Source: an uncultured Flavobacteriales bacterium (GTDB lineage: Bacteria; Bacteroidota; Bacteroidia; Flavobacteriales; UBA7312). Taken from it: a stretch of DNA of 64,000 bases. The position numbers and the translations under genes were made by a program. Positions 9,953-20,362 of the stretch are shown piece after piece (positions within the stretch are counted from its first letter, which is position 1; each line of letters starts with the position of its first letter). The notes below the pieces were generated by a model. That model ran no database searches, had not been told where the DNA came from, and saw only the letters and a program-made list of their open reading frames with translations. The stretch lies in the NCBI GenBank assembly GCA_913041085.1, contig CAJWHN010000001.1, positions 10,992 through 74,991 of the forward strand. The letters are read 5' to 3'.

Positions 9953-11488
9953 ATGGCTCAAGAAAAAATTCTAATTCTAGATTTTGGTTCACAATATACT
10001 CAGCTCATTGCTAGGAGAGTAAGAGAATTAAACATCTATTGTGAAATACATCCATACAATAAAATTCCTGAATTGACTGATAATATTAAAGGTGTAATCC
10101 TTTCAGGAAGTCCTTTTTCTGTGCGTGATGAGCATGCACCTATCCCAAATTTAGATGGTATAAAAGGCGTACTTCCATTACTTGGAGTTTGTTATGGTGC
10201 ACAACATTTAGCTAAGGACAGCGGGGGAGAAGTATTGCCCTCAAAAATTAGAGAATATGGTAGAGCTAATCTTTCTTTTGTCAATTCATCTAATCCGCTT
10301 TTGGAAGGTATTTCTGAAGGTTCACAAGTATGGATGAGTCATGGAGACACCATAATAACTTTGCCCAAAGGCTTTCAAATAATAACTTCAACTGAAGATG
10401 TGGAAGTAGCTGGTTACCAAATAACTAAAGAAAAAACATTTGCTATTCAGTTTCATCCTGAAGTCTATCATTCAACAGACGGAAAACAGTTGCTTTCAAA
10501 TTTTTTAGTTAACATTTGTGAGTGTGCTCAAGACTGGAATGCAGACTCATTTGTACAACGAACAGTTGAAGATTTGAAAGCTAAATTGGGTAACGATAAA
10601 GTGGTTTTAGGATTGTCTGGAGGAGTGGATTCAACAGTTGCTGGTGTGCTATTACACAAGGCTATTGGCGCTAATTTATACTGCATATTTGTTGACAACG
10701 GTTTACTTCGCAAAAATGAATTCGAAAATGTATTGGAACAATACAGGGGTATGGGTCTAAATGTCAAAGGTGTTGATTCTAAAGAACGCTTTTATGAAGT
10801 TCTTGATGGCCTAAGTGACCCCGAAGCTAAACGAAAAGCTATTGGAAACAAGTTCATAGATATTTTTGATGATGAAGCACACCTAATTGAAGATGTTAAA
10901 TGGTTAGCACAAGGCACAATCTATCCTGATGTCATAGAATCTGTATCTGCTACTGGAGGACCTTCAGCTACTATAAAATCACATCATAATGTAGGTGGGC
11001 TTCCAGATTTTATGAAGTTGAAAGTGGTTGAGCCCTTAAATACATTATTCAAAGATGAGGTAAGGAGAATAGGTCGATCCATGAATATTGATGAATCTCT
11101 TTTAGGAAGACACCCTTTTCCTGGTCCTGGTTTGGCTATTCGTATTCTAGGAGACGTAACAAAAGAGAAAGTTAGAATTTTACAAGAAGTTGATCATATT
11201 TTTATAACCTCACTAATTTCAGCAGGTCTATACGATAAGGTTTGGCAAGCTGGTGCTATCTTCTTACCTGTTCAATCGGTTGGGGTAATGGGTGATGAAA
11301 GAACCTATGAAAATGCAGTAGCTTTAAGGGCTGTAGAATCCACTGATGGAATGACTGCAGATTGGGTTCATTTGCCTTATGAGTTTTTAGCTAAAGTATC
11401 TAACGACATTATCAATAAAGTCAAAGGTATTAACAGAGTAGTTTACGATATTAGCTCTAAGCCACCAGCTACAATAGAATGGGAATAA
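9953..11488 (+). CDS. guaA: GMP synthase (glutamine-hydrolysing)
   Basis: [50 protein letters not shown]. Confidence 0.98.
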   Translation: MAQEKILILDFGSQYTQLIARRVRELNIYCEIHPYNKIPELTDNIKGVILSGSPFSVRDEHAPIPNLDGIKGVLPLLGVCYGAQHLAKDSGGEVLPSKIREYGRANLSFVNSSNPLLEGISEGSQVWMSHGDTIITLPKGFQIITSTEDVEVAGYQITKEKTFAIQFHPEVYHSTDGKQLLSNFLVNICECAQDWNADSFVQRTVEDLKAKLGNDKVVLGLSGGVDSTVAGVLLHKAIGANLYCIFVDNGLLRKNEFENVLEQYRGMGLNVKGVDSKERFYEVLDGLSDPEAKRKAIGNKFIDIFDDEAHLIEDVKWLAQGTIYPDVIESVSATGGPSATIKSHHNVGGLPDFMKLKVVEPLNTLFKDEVRRIGRSMNIDESLLGRHPFPGPGLAIRILGDVTKEKVRILQEVDHIFITSLISAGLYDKVWQAGAIFLPVQSVGVMGDERTYENAVALRAVESTDGMTADWVHLPYEFLAKVSNDIINKVKGINRVVYDISSKPPATIEWE

Positions 11489-11517
11489 TAAAAAGAGATT
11501 TTGAAAGTTAAATTATT

Positions 11518-12909
11518 ATGTCTAAGTCGGTAATTTGTATAGTTTTATTCAGTGTCTTTATCACTTTTTTTGCTGAAGCTCAGCAGGATACAATTATTGA
11601 CAACAAACCTTATGCTATACATGTGGTACAGCCTAGAGAAACGCTGTACGGCATTTCGAGACAATACGATGCAGAGTTAAATGATTTGGTAATATCTAAT
11701 CCAGCAGTAATTCAAGGTTTGCATGTTGGCTTTAAATTATTAGTTCCTTTACGTCATACTATAGTAAGACCTGTTGATAATAACACAATATCACAGTCAA
11801 CAAAGTCTGTCACTTCGGATACTCTTTCCAAAAAAATCAAAAATGATTCGGATTTTCGGATTTCAACTCTTCCAAGCTATGAGCTAGATACTACAAAAAT
11901 TAAAGTGGCTTTATTGTTGCCGTTTTATTTGGATTTTAACGATTCTCTAAAAGTTAATAATAACAACAAGAATCTTATTTATCCCAAGTCCAAAGTAGCC
12001 TTAGATTTTTATTTTGGCTTTCAACTAGCTATTGATAGTTTAACTGAATTGGGATACAACATTGACTTGATGGTATTAGATGTGCCAAACGACTCTGTTT
12101 TTGAATCCATACTTACCTCTAACGTATTATATGATAGGGAATATATTTTTGGGCCAATTTATATTAGGCAGTTTGAAGAATTAGCCAAATTTTATGGGTA
12201 TGATACCGAAAAGAAACTCATTTCTCCTTTGTCTTATATGAGTGTAAAAAATAAGTATTTAAATATTTTTCAATCTGTTCCTTTGTCTTATGTTCAAATT
12301 GATGCTTTAATTGATTATCTTTTACATACCAATAATAGCGATGAATTAATATTACTTGGACAAGATAGAGAAGATGACCTTATTTCATATGCTAAAAAGA
12401 AATTGAGTTTGCAAATAATGAATAGGAGATGTCAAGTATTTACTTTTGATAAAAATCAATTGTCCGATAGGGATTTATTAAAAAGTAAATTAAAGTCTGA
12501 TAAAAATATTATGATTATCCCTTCCAATGACCGCTCGTTTGTGAGTAGGTTGCTACCTACTTTAGGAAGTATGGAGGATACCGTTTTTACCATTTATGGG
12601 CTTAATACATGGAATAGATTCGATAATTTAGATTATTATGATTTGGTGAATCTAAACGTTCATATGCCGTCAATCTTTATGAACGATAATAGTCAGTTTT
12701 ACTCAGATTTCGTTAATAATTATTACCAAAAGTATTTCTCTTATCCAGAAAAGTATGCTTATTCAGCTTATCAACAGTGTCTATACTTTTTATCTAGTGA
12801 ATTCAAAGGTCTTCTCGATTTCAAAACTTTTCCAAATACTTCTTTTCAGTCCAACACTAAATTCAACATTATTCGATTCGTCGATTTCGAGCGGCTTATA
12901 GTGCAATAG
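11518..12909 (+). CDS. LysM domain protein with periplasmic-binding-protein-like (LppC/PBP1) region
   Basis: Signal peptide ending AEA|Q; LysM motif HVVQPRETLYGISRQY; KVALLLPF...ALDFYFGFQLAIDSL; follows guaA as is common in Flavobacteria. Confidence 0.75.
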   Translation: MSKSVICIVLFSVFITFFAEAQQDTIIDNKPYAIHVVQPRETLYGISRQYDAELNDLVISNPAVIQGLHVGFKLLVPLRHTIVRPVDNNTISQSTKSVTSDTLSKKIKNDSDFRISTLPSYELDTTKIKVALLLPFYLDFNDSLKVNNNNKNLIYPKSKVALDFYFGFQLAIDSLTELGYNIDLMVLDVPNDSVFESILTSNVLYDREYIFGPIYIRQFEELAKFYGYDTEKKLISPLSYMSVKNKYLNIFQSVPLSYVQIDALIDYLLHTNNSDELILLGQDREDDLISYAKKKLSLQIMNRRCQVFTFDKNQLSDRDLLKSKLKSDKNIMIIPSNDRSFVSRLLPTLGSMEDTVFTIYGLNTWNRFDNLDYYDLVNLNVHMPSIFMNDNSQFYSDFVNNYYQKYFSYPEKYAYSAYQQCLYFLSSEFKGLLDFKTFPNTSFQSNTKFNIIRFVDFERLIVQ

Positions 12910-12948
12910 CCCCAAAATTACATTTTTATTAGTTAATGTTCTATTTGC

Positions 12949-12956
12949 TATCTTTG
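12949..12956 (+). promoter_or_regulatory. -7 promoter box (TATCTTTG) of adhesin gene A
   Basis: Matches TAnnTTTG, 28 nt upstream of the TTG start at 12985. Confidence 0.65.
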
Positions 12957-12984
12957 TACGTTATAAAATTTAATAAGTAAGACA

Positions 12985-15900
12985 TTGAGGTATTTAATTT
13001 TAATTGCTTTATTTTTTAGTATTTCTTTTTCAAAGGCTCAAGTATTTACAGGAGCTGGTGGTAATATTCCTGATGCTACATTTTTTGGTCCATCTGCATG
13101 GACTAACTTTTATCTCAATGTAAATTCTATTGGTACAATTGATTGTGATTTAACGGTATGCATAAATATTTCACATAATTATACAGATGATTTAGATATT
13201 AGATTAGTTTCTCCATCTGGAACTATTGTTTATTTATCAACTGATAATGGAGGTTCAGGAAACAATTATGTAGGAACTTGTTTTACTATGGATGCTACTA
13301 CTAATATAACTGCAGGAATTGCACCATTTACTGGAGATTATTTACCTGAGGGTAATTTATCAGCTCTTAATGGTCAAAATGCAAACGGATTATGGCGCTT
13401 ACAAATACGAGATGATGCTTGGTTATTTTCAGGGTCACTAAACTCGTGGTCAATAGATTTTACTTGTGAAGCTGAATGTGAAGAAGGAGAAGAAGTTTAC
13501 ACTCTCAATTTATTTGATTCTTTTGGTGATGGTTGGGATCATGGTACAGGACATTTAGTAACTATTAATGGAGTAGATTATGGTGGATTTGATTTTACTA
13601 CAGGATACTCATTTTCTTATACGATTTGTTTAGATCCAACAGATTGTATAGATTTTTCATTTACAGACGGTGGTCCTTGGGAATATGAATGTTCTTACAG
13701 TCTTGTCAATAACACTGGCGTAACTATTTTTTCTGGAGATCACCAAACAATTGATCAAACTATTGGAGATTGTGCCGTTGCTGGCTGTACAGATTCTGAG
13801 GCTTGTAATTTTGACCCTGACGCTGAAGATGATGATGGTAGTTGTTTTTACTCACCTTTGACAGTCGATGATTGCGAGGTTGTATACTGCGGTTCTGAAG
13901 TAGGTGAACAAGTAGCTAGCCAATATATAGGTACTAATGTCAACTACCTTACAATTGAAATTACGGAAAGTGGTATTATTAATGAGTTGTTTTATGATAT
14001 CAACTGGCATAGTCATGGATGGGGTAATATAAATTTTAACGTAAATAATGCAACAATTGCACTATATGACAATTTTGGTACATTTGTTCAAAATATTGCA
14101 GTAATTGGAAATAATTTGAGTATTTCTACTTATCAGAACTTCACAAATATACTAAATACAAACATTGATGTGTATGCTGGATATTCAATTCAAGTATTTT
14201 TAAATAGTCCTAATTGGGGTGGTGGAACTTGGGAATCTTATGTTAATGAAGCTAATATTTCTTTTACTGTCATTACAGAATCAGTTGATGCAGGAAATGA
14301 TATTCAGGGATACTCACTTTGCTATGATGATCCTCCAATAAATTTATTTAATTTTTTAGGAAATAACGCTAATCAAAATGGTATTTGGTCGCCAACTCTT
14401 TCCGGAGGTTATCTTGGTACATTTGATCCACAAACTAATGAAAGTAATGATTACATCTATACTGTTACTGGCGAATGTTTGACAGATTTTGCTACTATCC
14501 CTATAACCGTAATAGATATAGCAGCTCCTCAAATTACTTCAAGCGAAGATTTTATTTGTTTTGGATCTTCTTCATTAGTTACTTATTCCGTTCCTGCTAA
14601 TCAAGGCTCAAATTATTCATGGTCTGTGAACGGAGGCAACATAGTAGGTTCTTCAACAACTAGTTCTATACAGGTTGATTGGTCAGCAACTCCAGTAAGT
14701 ACAATTTCAAACGCCGTAGTAATAACAGAAACTTTTAATGGCTGTAGTAACAGTTCTTCCATAGATGCTACTATTTGTGCTAACCCTATACCTGCATTAA
14801 GTATTGATAATACTGAAATTTGTTTGGGAGAGTCTATTACTGTAACAGTCAACCAAACTTATAACAATTATGTTTGGACTCCTGCCGAATTACTAAACTC
14901 CAATGTTTACACTCCAAACTCATCTTCAGATAATGAAATATCTGTTACTATTACTGGTGAAGAGGGGTGCTCAACAACCGAGTCTATTGACTTAACAATT
15001 TATGAGAGTCCAATAGTGAATCTCTCTGCTGAAGTTTCTGAAATATGCTTTACTGATTCATTGACGCTTACTTCAAACCCGGGCTATAACGATTATTCAT
15101 GGACACCAGCAACTATAACAGGAAACTCAGATGTCTATTATCCTTCTAATTCATCAGAAGATATGATTTTTCTTACTGTTACTGGAGAGGGTGGATGTAC
15201 AAGTTCTGATTCGCTTGAAATAGTTGTAAATGATTTACCTGTTGTCAACCTAACCATTGACAATTCAGAAATATGTTTAGGTGAATCCCTAATTGTTAAT
15301 ACTAATTCTGGGTATAACAATTACGATTGGACACCTTCAGCAATATCTTCAAATTCATACACCTATGTGCCTACTTCTTTGACAGACAATCAAATTTCTG
15401 TAATAGTTACCTCAGACTTTGGTTGTTCATCTACAGAAACTATTGATTTTACGATTTATGATTTGCCAAGTGTTAACCTATCAATTGATGATACGGATAT
15501 ATGTATCGGAGAGTCTTTAGTGGTGAGTGCTAATTCAGGCTATAACAATTACGTATGGACACCCTCAAGTATTTCTGGCTACACAGATGTCTATTTTCCA
15601 ACCTCATCATCTGAAGATATGATTTCTATAACTGTTACAGGAGAAGGTGGTTGTACAAGTTCTGATTCGTTAGCAATACAAGTTTTTGATTTACCTGTAG
15701 TAAACTTAGGTGTCGATAATTCAGAAATCTGTATTGGAGAAACAATAAGTTTAAACACTAACCCTGGTTACATAAATTATGACTGGTCGCCTTCAACTAT
15801 ATCCTCTAATTCCGATACGTATACCCCTACATCTTTAACAGATAATCAAATCTCAGTGACGATTACGGGAGATGGTGGCTGTATTTCATCAGATAATTTA

Positions 15901-17895
15901 AATTTAACGATTTATGATTTACCTATTGTAAATCTATCAATTGATGATAACTATCTGTGTATGGGTGATTCACTTGTGGTTAGTTCTAATTCGGGCTATG
16001 ACAACTACGCATGGACACCCTCAAGTATTTCAGGAAACACGGATGTCTATTTTCCAACTTCATCATCAATTGATATGATTTCTTTAACTGTAACAGGAGA
16101 TGGTGGTTGTACAACTTCTGATTCGTTAGCAATACAAGTTTTTGATTTACCTATTGTAAACTTAGATGTCGATAATTCAGAAATCTGTATTGGAGAAACA
16201 ATAAGCCTAAACACTAACTCAGGATATATTAACTACGACTGGTTGCCTTCAAGCATATCTTCTAATTCAGATACCTACACTCCCACATCTTTATTAGATA
16301 ATCAATTTTCAGTAACGATTACAGCGGATGGTGGTTGTACTTCTTCGGACTCTTTAGAGCTTACAATTTTTGATTTACCTATTGTTGAAGTTTCACTCTC
16401 TGAAAGTGTGATTTGTTTAGGTGAGTCTATAGCTGTTAATTCCACATCCGGATATGTGAATTACGATTGGACACCAGCTATTTTAAATTCTACAAATCAG
16501 ATAACACCTGAATTAACAGAAACTAATTATTTGGTAGAAGTAACGGATATAAACGGTTGTAAATCTACTGATGATGCCAACCTTGTAATTAATCAGTCAA
16601 CACCAATTGAATTAACAGTTAATGGAAATAACACTACTACAATATGTATTGGAGAAGAAATAGACTTAGTTGCTTCTTTAGGTTTTGATTCATATACATG
16701 GTCAATTCCTAATGTATTATCCAACCAAACTACTTATGTGCCTTCTGACCTAAGTGATAATCAATTCTCAGTAATAGGTACTAACCAATTTGGCTGTAAT
16801 TCAACGTCTGCCTTGAATATTACTATCAACAGTATTCCAACACCAAGTTTAATATCGGTATTTTCTGATAGTGCACAGACAATCCCTCAAAGTATAAACC
16901 TTTGTGCAGGTGTTTCAGATATTAAATTTTCATCTAATATTAGTAGTCCTACTAATCCTGTAGAATGGGTTTTTGTTGATGGTAATGGCGCCATAATAGA
17001 AAATGGTCAAAATACTTCAGAATTGGCAGTTTCATTTCCTATTGTTGAAGATTATATTTTAGAATTCAGAGAGTATGGTTCTCAAAATTGCTTTACTCCT
17101 CAACAAATTGAAATAAAAGTAAATCCTAACCCTGTTCTTGACGTTAGCTATGTTGAAGATTGTTACAAGGACTCTGTATTTTTTACTAATAACTCAAGTG
17201 TTGATACAACGATTCAGAGCGTCTTATGGTCAGTAGATGGCTATAGTTTTAATAGTTACAACTTATCCTATCCACTAGATAATGACAGTAAAGTTTTTGA
17301 GCTTAGCATTGTTGATGTATTAAATTGTTCTTCTTCATTATCCACAAACTTTGTTCCTTCAGATCGTCCTTATGTTGATTTTTATCATGAGCCAGAGAAG
17401 ATTACAATTTTAAACCCTGAGGTTTCTTTCATAAACCTATCTTCGAATGACGATACTATTTTGTGGGATTTTGGTGATAATCAAACTTCAGATGAATGGG
17501 AACCAATTCATACATACGATTCGTTGGGTTGGTTTGAAGTTATTTTGAAAGTTCAAAATAATGAAGGTTGTGCTGATTCTATTGCTAAACAATTACTAGT
17601 TGAAAATAACCTCATATATTATTTCCCAAGTTCATTTACACCAGATGGTGATGGATTAAATGACGAATTTGGAGTGAGTGGATTTAGAATTGATAAAATT
17701 CAAAATTACCAATTCCAAATTACCAACAGATGGGGTGAAATTGTCTTTTATTCTGAGGATGTTAACGCAAAATGGGATGGTAAAACATCTCAAGGTAATG
17801 ACGCTATGCCTGGTAGTTACCTTTGGTCAGTTCGTGTAGTTGATGAACTAGGAAAGGTGACTAGAAAATTTGGAGATTTCACTTTGTTGAGGTAG
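12985..17895 (+). CDS. Large T9SS type-B (CHU_C/gliding-motility CTD) surface protein, adhesin-like (gene A): P-domain, DSxGDGW domain, GCTD repeat, about 9 Ig/PKD-like repeats, PKD, CTD
   Basis: TTG start; signal peptide SKA|Q; proprotein-convertase P-like domain (HNYTDDLDIRLVSPSGT...NGLWRLQIRD); C-terminal FPSSFTPDGDGLNDEF...NRWGEIVF...WDG...GDFTLLR. Confidence 0.88.
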   Translation: MRYLILIALFFSISFSKAQVFTGAGGNIPDATFFGPSAWTNFYLNVNSIGTIDCDLTVCINISHNYTDDLDIRLVSPSGTIVYLSTDNGGSGNNYVGTCFTMDATTNITAGIAPFTGDYLPEGNLSALNGQNANGLWRLQIRDDAWLFSGSLNSWSIDFTCEAECEEGEEVYTLNLFDSFGDGWDHGTGHLVTINGVDYGGFDFTTGYSFSYTICLDPTDCIDFSFTDGGPWEYECSYSLVNNTGVTIFSGDHQTIDQTIGDCAVAGCTDSEACNFDPDAEDDDGSCFYSPLTVDDCEVVYCGSEVGEQVASQYIGTNVNYLTIEITESGIINELFYDINWHSHGWGNINFNVNNATIALYDNFGTFVQNIAVIGNNLSISTYQNFTNILNTNIDVYAGYSIQVFLNSPNWGGGTWESYVNEANISFTVITESVDAGNDIQGYSLCYDDPPINLFNFLGNNANQNGIWSPTLSGGYLGTFDPQTNESNDYIYTVTGECLTDFATIPITVIDIAAPQITSSEDFICFGSSSLVTYSVPANQGSNYSWSVNGGNIVGSSTTSSIQVDWSATPVSTISNAVVITETFNGCSNSSSIDATICANPIPALSIDNTEICLGESITVTVNQTYNNYVWTPAELLNSNVYTPNSSSDNEISVTITGEEGCSTTESIDLTIYESPIVNLSAEVSEICFTDSLTLTSNPGYNDYSWTPATITGNSDVYYPSNSSEDMIFLTVTGEGGCTSSDSLEIVVNDLPVVNLTIDNSEICLGESLIVNTNSGYNNYDWTPSAISSNSYTYVPTSLTDNQISVIVTSDFGCSSTETIDFTIYDLPSVNLSIDDTDICIGESLVVSANSGYNNYVWTPSSISGYTDVYFPTSSSEDMISITVTGEGGCTSSDSLAIQVFDLPVVNLGVDNSEICIGETISLNTNPGYINYDWSPSTISSNSDTYTPTSLTDNQISVTITGDGGCISSDNLNLTIYDLPIVNLSIDDNYLCMGDSLVVSSNSGYDNYAWTPSSISGNTDVYFPTSSSIDMISLTVTGDGGCTTSDSLAIQVFDLPIVNLDVDNSEICIGETISLNTNSGYINYDWLPSSISSNSDTYTPTSLLDNQFSVTITADGGCTSSDSLELTIFDLPIVEVSLSESVICLGESIAVNSTSGYVNYDWTPAILNSTNQITPELTETNYLVEVTDINGCKSTDDANLVINQSTPIELTVNGNNTTTICIGEEIDLVASLGFDSYTWSIPNVLSNQTTYVPSDLSDNQFSVIGTNQFGCNSTSALNITINSIPTPSLISVFSDSAQTIPQSINLCAGVSDIKFSSNISSPTNPVEWVFVDGNGAIIENGQNTSELAVSFPIVEDYILEFREYGSQNCFTPQQIEIKVNPNPVLDVSYVEDCYKDSVFFTNNSSVDTTIQSVLWSVDGYSFNSYNLSYPLDNDSKVFELSIVDVLNCSSSLSTNFVPSDRPYVDFYHEPEKITILNPEVSFINLSSNDDTILWDFGDNQTSDEWEPIHTYDSLGWFEVILKVQNNEGCADSIAKQLLVENNLIYYFPSSFTPDGDGLNDEFGVSGFRIDKIQNYQFQITNRWGEIVFYSEDVNAKWDGKTSQGNDAMPGSYLWSVRVVDELGKVTRKFGDFTLLR
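15010..16377 (+). repeat. Intragenic tandem repeat: 6 x 228 nt (76 aa), alternating types giving 3 x 456 nt
   Basis: Units start at Pro codons 15010, 15238, 15466, 15694, 15922 and 16150, with the next domain at 16378; the string tctgattcgttagcaatacaagtttttgatttacct recurs at 15661 and 16117 (456 nt apart). Confidence 0.95.
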
Positions 17896-17988
17896 TCAAA
17901 AACTTCTTTGAAACATATTTAGTACATTTACGTACAAATGAGTTGTTTTAAACTATTTACAATGCTTTTTAACCTTTAACTAGTTGGT

Positions 17989-19293
17989 TTGAGATATTTA
18001 TTTGCCATATCTATTCTTTGCTTACACATACATTCTTATGCTCAATGTGTGGTAGATGAATCTTATTCTTTAAATCCTGAGGGCCCCTATCAAATTGGTG
18101 ATGTTGTTACTGTGAATTATACTTTGAATAGTTTCTATCAATTAAATACCAATTGGGTTATAGCTTTTCAAATTAATTTAGGTAATGGGTGGACTAATCT
18201 AAATCCAACATCTGCACCAATAAATACCAATATTAACAATGCTTTAGGTAACGGGTATTGGATTTGGGATTTAGAAAATACTTTTCCTAGTGGATTAGAA
18301 TTTGGACCAGGATTTAGATTTATAAACACTAGTTGGGATGACTATTGGTGGCTTCAAGGAAGTCCAAATTGGGGATCGTCTTCAACAGGACCATTATCAT
18401 TTTCCTTTGATGTTACAGTTAATGAATCTTGTACACCTGAGGATCTTTATATTAGTATAAATGTATATGGAGATTGTCAAACTGGTGGTTGGAATAACGG
18501 AGATTGTTGTAGCGATACAGCTCTAGTAAACTATGATGATTCACTTTTTGTTTATTCAAATTTAAATTCAGGATTAGATACTTCGGTGATTTATTGCCAA
18601 GAATCTGGTAACTTCAACCTATTCGATTTATTAGGTGATAATGTGCAAAACGATGGCTTTTGGACTCCGTCACTCGCTCAAGGTTATTTAGGTCAATTTA
18701 ATCCATCGATTAATACGCCACAAGAGTATATTTATACTGTATCGGATGAATGTAATACGGACTCAACTAGCGTTTTCTTAAGTTTAGATAACACAGAAAG
18801 TCAACCAACAGTTGAATTACAATTGTGTGATAACGATACAATTGTAAGTTTATACAACGCTCTAAATCTGAATAATACTTCAGGTATATGGCAAGGAACT
18901 TCTAGTTTAAGTTCTGGCTATCAAGGCTTTTTTAACCCTCAAGAACAACAGATAGGTTTATACACTTATACTGTCTTAAATGAGAATGATTGCCAACAAA
19001 GTTACCCATTGGATGTTTCAATAATTGAAGAAAATATTAATGCTGGAAGCGATTATGAGCTTGAAATATGTATTGATGATCCTGGTGTTAACTTTTATGA
19101 ATTAATCGGTAATCCAGATATAAATGGTATATGGTCACCTTCTTTGAACTCAGGCTATTTTGGTTTTTTTGATCCGTCAGCAAACCTTTCAGGAGATTAT
19201 ACGTACACCCTTTCAGGGGAATGTGATACGTACCAATCTCAAGTTAATGTAAATGTCATTGAAGTTATACCACCACCAATTGTTACGAACTAA
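17989..19293 (+). CDS. Secreted protein (gene B): unique Trp/Gly-rich N-terminal domain plus 3 Ig-like repeats (GxW.P.L..GY.G.F.P); no T9SS CTD
   Basis: TTG start MRYLF (gene A starts MRYLI); signal peptide SYA|Q; third repeat aligns with gene A GIWSPTLSGGYLGTFDP; ends VIEVIPPPIVTN. Confidence 0.82.
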   Translation: MRYLFAISILCLHIHSYAQCVVDESYSLNPEGPYQIGDVVTVNYTLNSFYQLNTNWVIAFQINLGNGWTNLNPTSAPINTNINNALGNGYWIWDLENTFPSGLEFGPGFRFINTSWDDYWWLQGSPNWGSSSTGPLSFSFDVTVNESCTPEDLYISINVYGDCQTGGWNNGDCCSDTALVNYDDSLFVYSNLNSGLDTSVIYCQESGNFNLFDLLGDNVQNDGFWTPSLAQGYLGQFNPSINTPQEYIYTVSDECNTDSTSVFLSLDNTESQPTVELQLCDNDTIVSLYNALNLNNTSGIWQGTSSLSSGYQGFFNPQEQQIGLYTYTVLNENDCQQSYPLDVSIIEENINAGSDYELEICIDDPGVNFYELIGNPDINGIWSPSLNSGYFGFFDPSANLSGDYTYTLSGECDTYQSQVNVNVIEVIPPPIVTN

Positions 19294-19325
19294 AAATTAA
19301 AACTACTTAACTAAACTATTTCATT

Positions 19326-20357
19326 ATGAAAAATTGTATAAATATTCTATTAACTGCTTTTATATCATTAACGGTTTCAATGGCTACTTATGCTCAAATT
19401 GACACCTTATGCCTTGGTTCTACTCTAGAAAATTATTCTATTATACCTAACGCAGGTTCTACCTACTCTTGGAGTGTTTCAGGAGGTGGAATCATAATAG
19501 GCTCTAATACTGGTACTTCTATTCAAGTAGATTGGTCTAATGCGCCTTTAGGCTTAATAAATAATGCTATTACATTGACCGAACAACTTAACGGTTGTGA
19601 AGCTGATCAGACTTTAAGTGTAGAAATTTTAGAAAACCCTACACCTAATTTATCTGCTTCAGATTTGTCCATTTGTTTAGGTGAATCAGTATTGTTATCT
19701 GCTGATGCTGGTTATGATACATACAATTGGACTCCTTCATCACTATCTGGTGCTTCATCTACATACACTCCAAATGCTATTACTGATGATACTTTTGAGG
19801 TTGAGGTCATTGGTGAAGGAGGCTGTTCTACAACAGAGAGTATTGAAATAGAAATTTTTGAACTTCCATCAGTTGAGGTTTCACTTTCTGATAGTACCAT
19901 TTGTTTAGGAGAGTCTATCACAGTTAGTGCAACCTCAGGCTTTACTACTTATACTTGGACTAATTCATCACTTTCTAGTGATCAAACTACTTTAACGCCT
20001 ACTTTGGTCGACACTGAATATAGCGTAAGCATTACCGATGTTAATGGCTGTGAAGCGTCAGATGATGTTACTCTAACAATTAATGAAATTAACCCTATTG
20101 AGCTATTAGTTAATGGGGCTGAAACCACTACTATCTGTTTAGGGGAAACTATCTCTCTTGATGCTACTGATGGATTTAGTTCGTATGTATGGGTTCCTGC
20201 TGTGGTAATTGGTGATAATGGTAACTATGTTCCTCAAAATACTTCTGAAACATCATACACAGTGACATCAACTGATTCAGAGGGTTGTCAATCTGTTGAT
20301 ACTATTAACATTACTATCAATAATTTACCTAATCCAGGCCCAATTATTTTTAACTAA
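19326..20357 (+). CDS. Secreted protein (gene C): 4 PKD/Ig-like domains paralogous to the stalk of gene A; no T9SS CTD
   Basis: Signal peptide TYA|Q; YSWSVSGGGIIIGS...SIQVDWS matches A YSWSVNGGNIVGS...SIQVDWS; ICLGES repeats; ends NITINNLPNPGPIIFN. Confidence 0.85.
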   Translation: MKNCINILLTAFISLTVSMATYAQIDTLCLGSTLENYSIIPNAGSTYSWSVSGGGIIIGSNTGTSIQVDWSNAPLGLINNAITLTEQLNGCEADQTLSVEILENPTPNLSASDLSICLGESVLLSADAGYDTYNWTPSSLSGASSTYTPNAITDDTFEVEVIGEGGCSTTESIEIEIFELPSVEVSLSDSTICLGESITVSATSGFTTYTWTNSSLSSDQTTLTPTLVDTEYSVSITDVNGCEASDDVTLTINEINPIELLVNGAETTTICLGETISLDATDGFSSYVWVPAVVIGDNGNYVPQNTSETSYTVTSTDSEGCQSVDTINITINNLPNPGPIIFN

Positions 20358-20362
20358 TCAGA

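Noticed and set aside
14785-16850. Repeat region as a CRISPR array or mobile-element repeat
   Set aside because: The repeats are in-frame 76-aa protein domains inside one ORF, with no constant repeat/variable spacer structure and no cas or transposase genes
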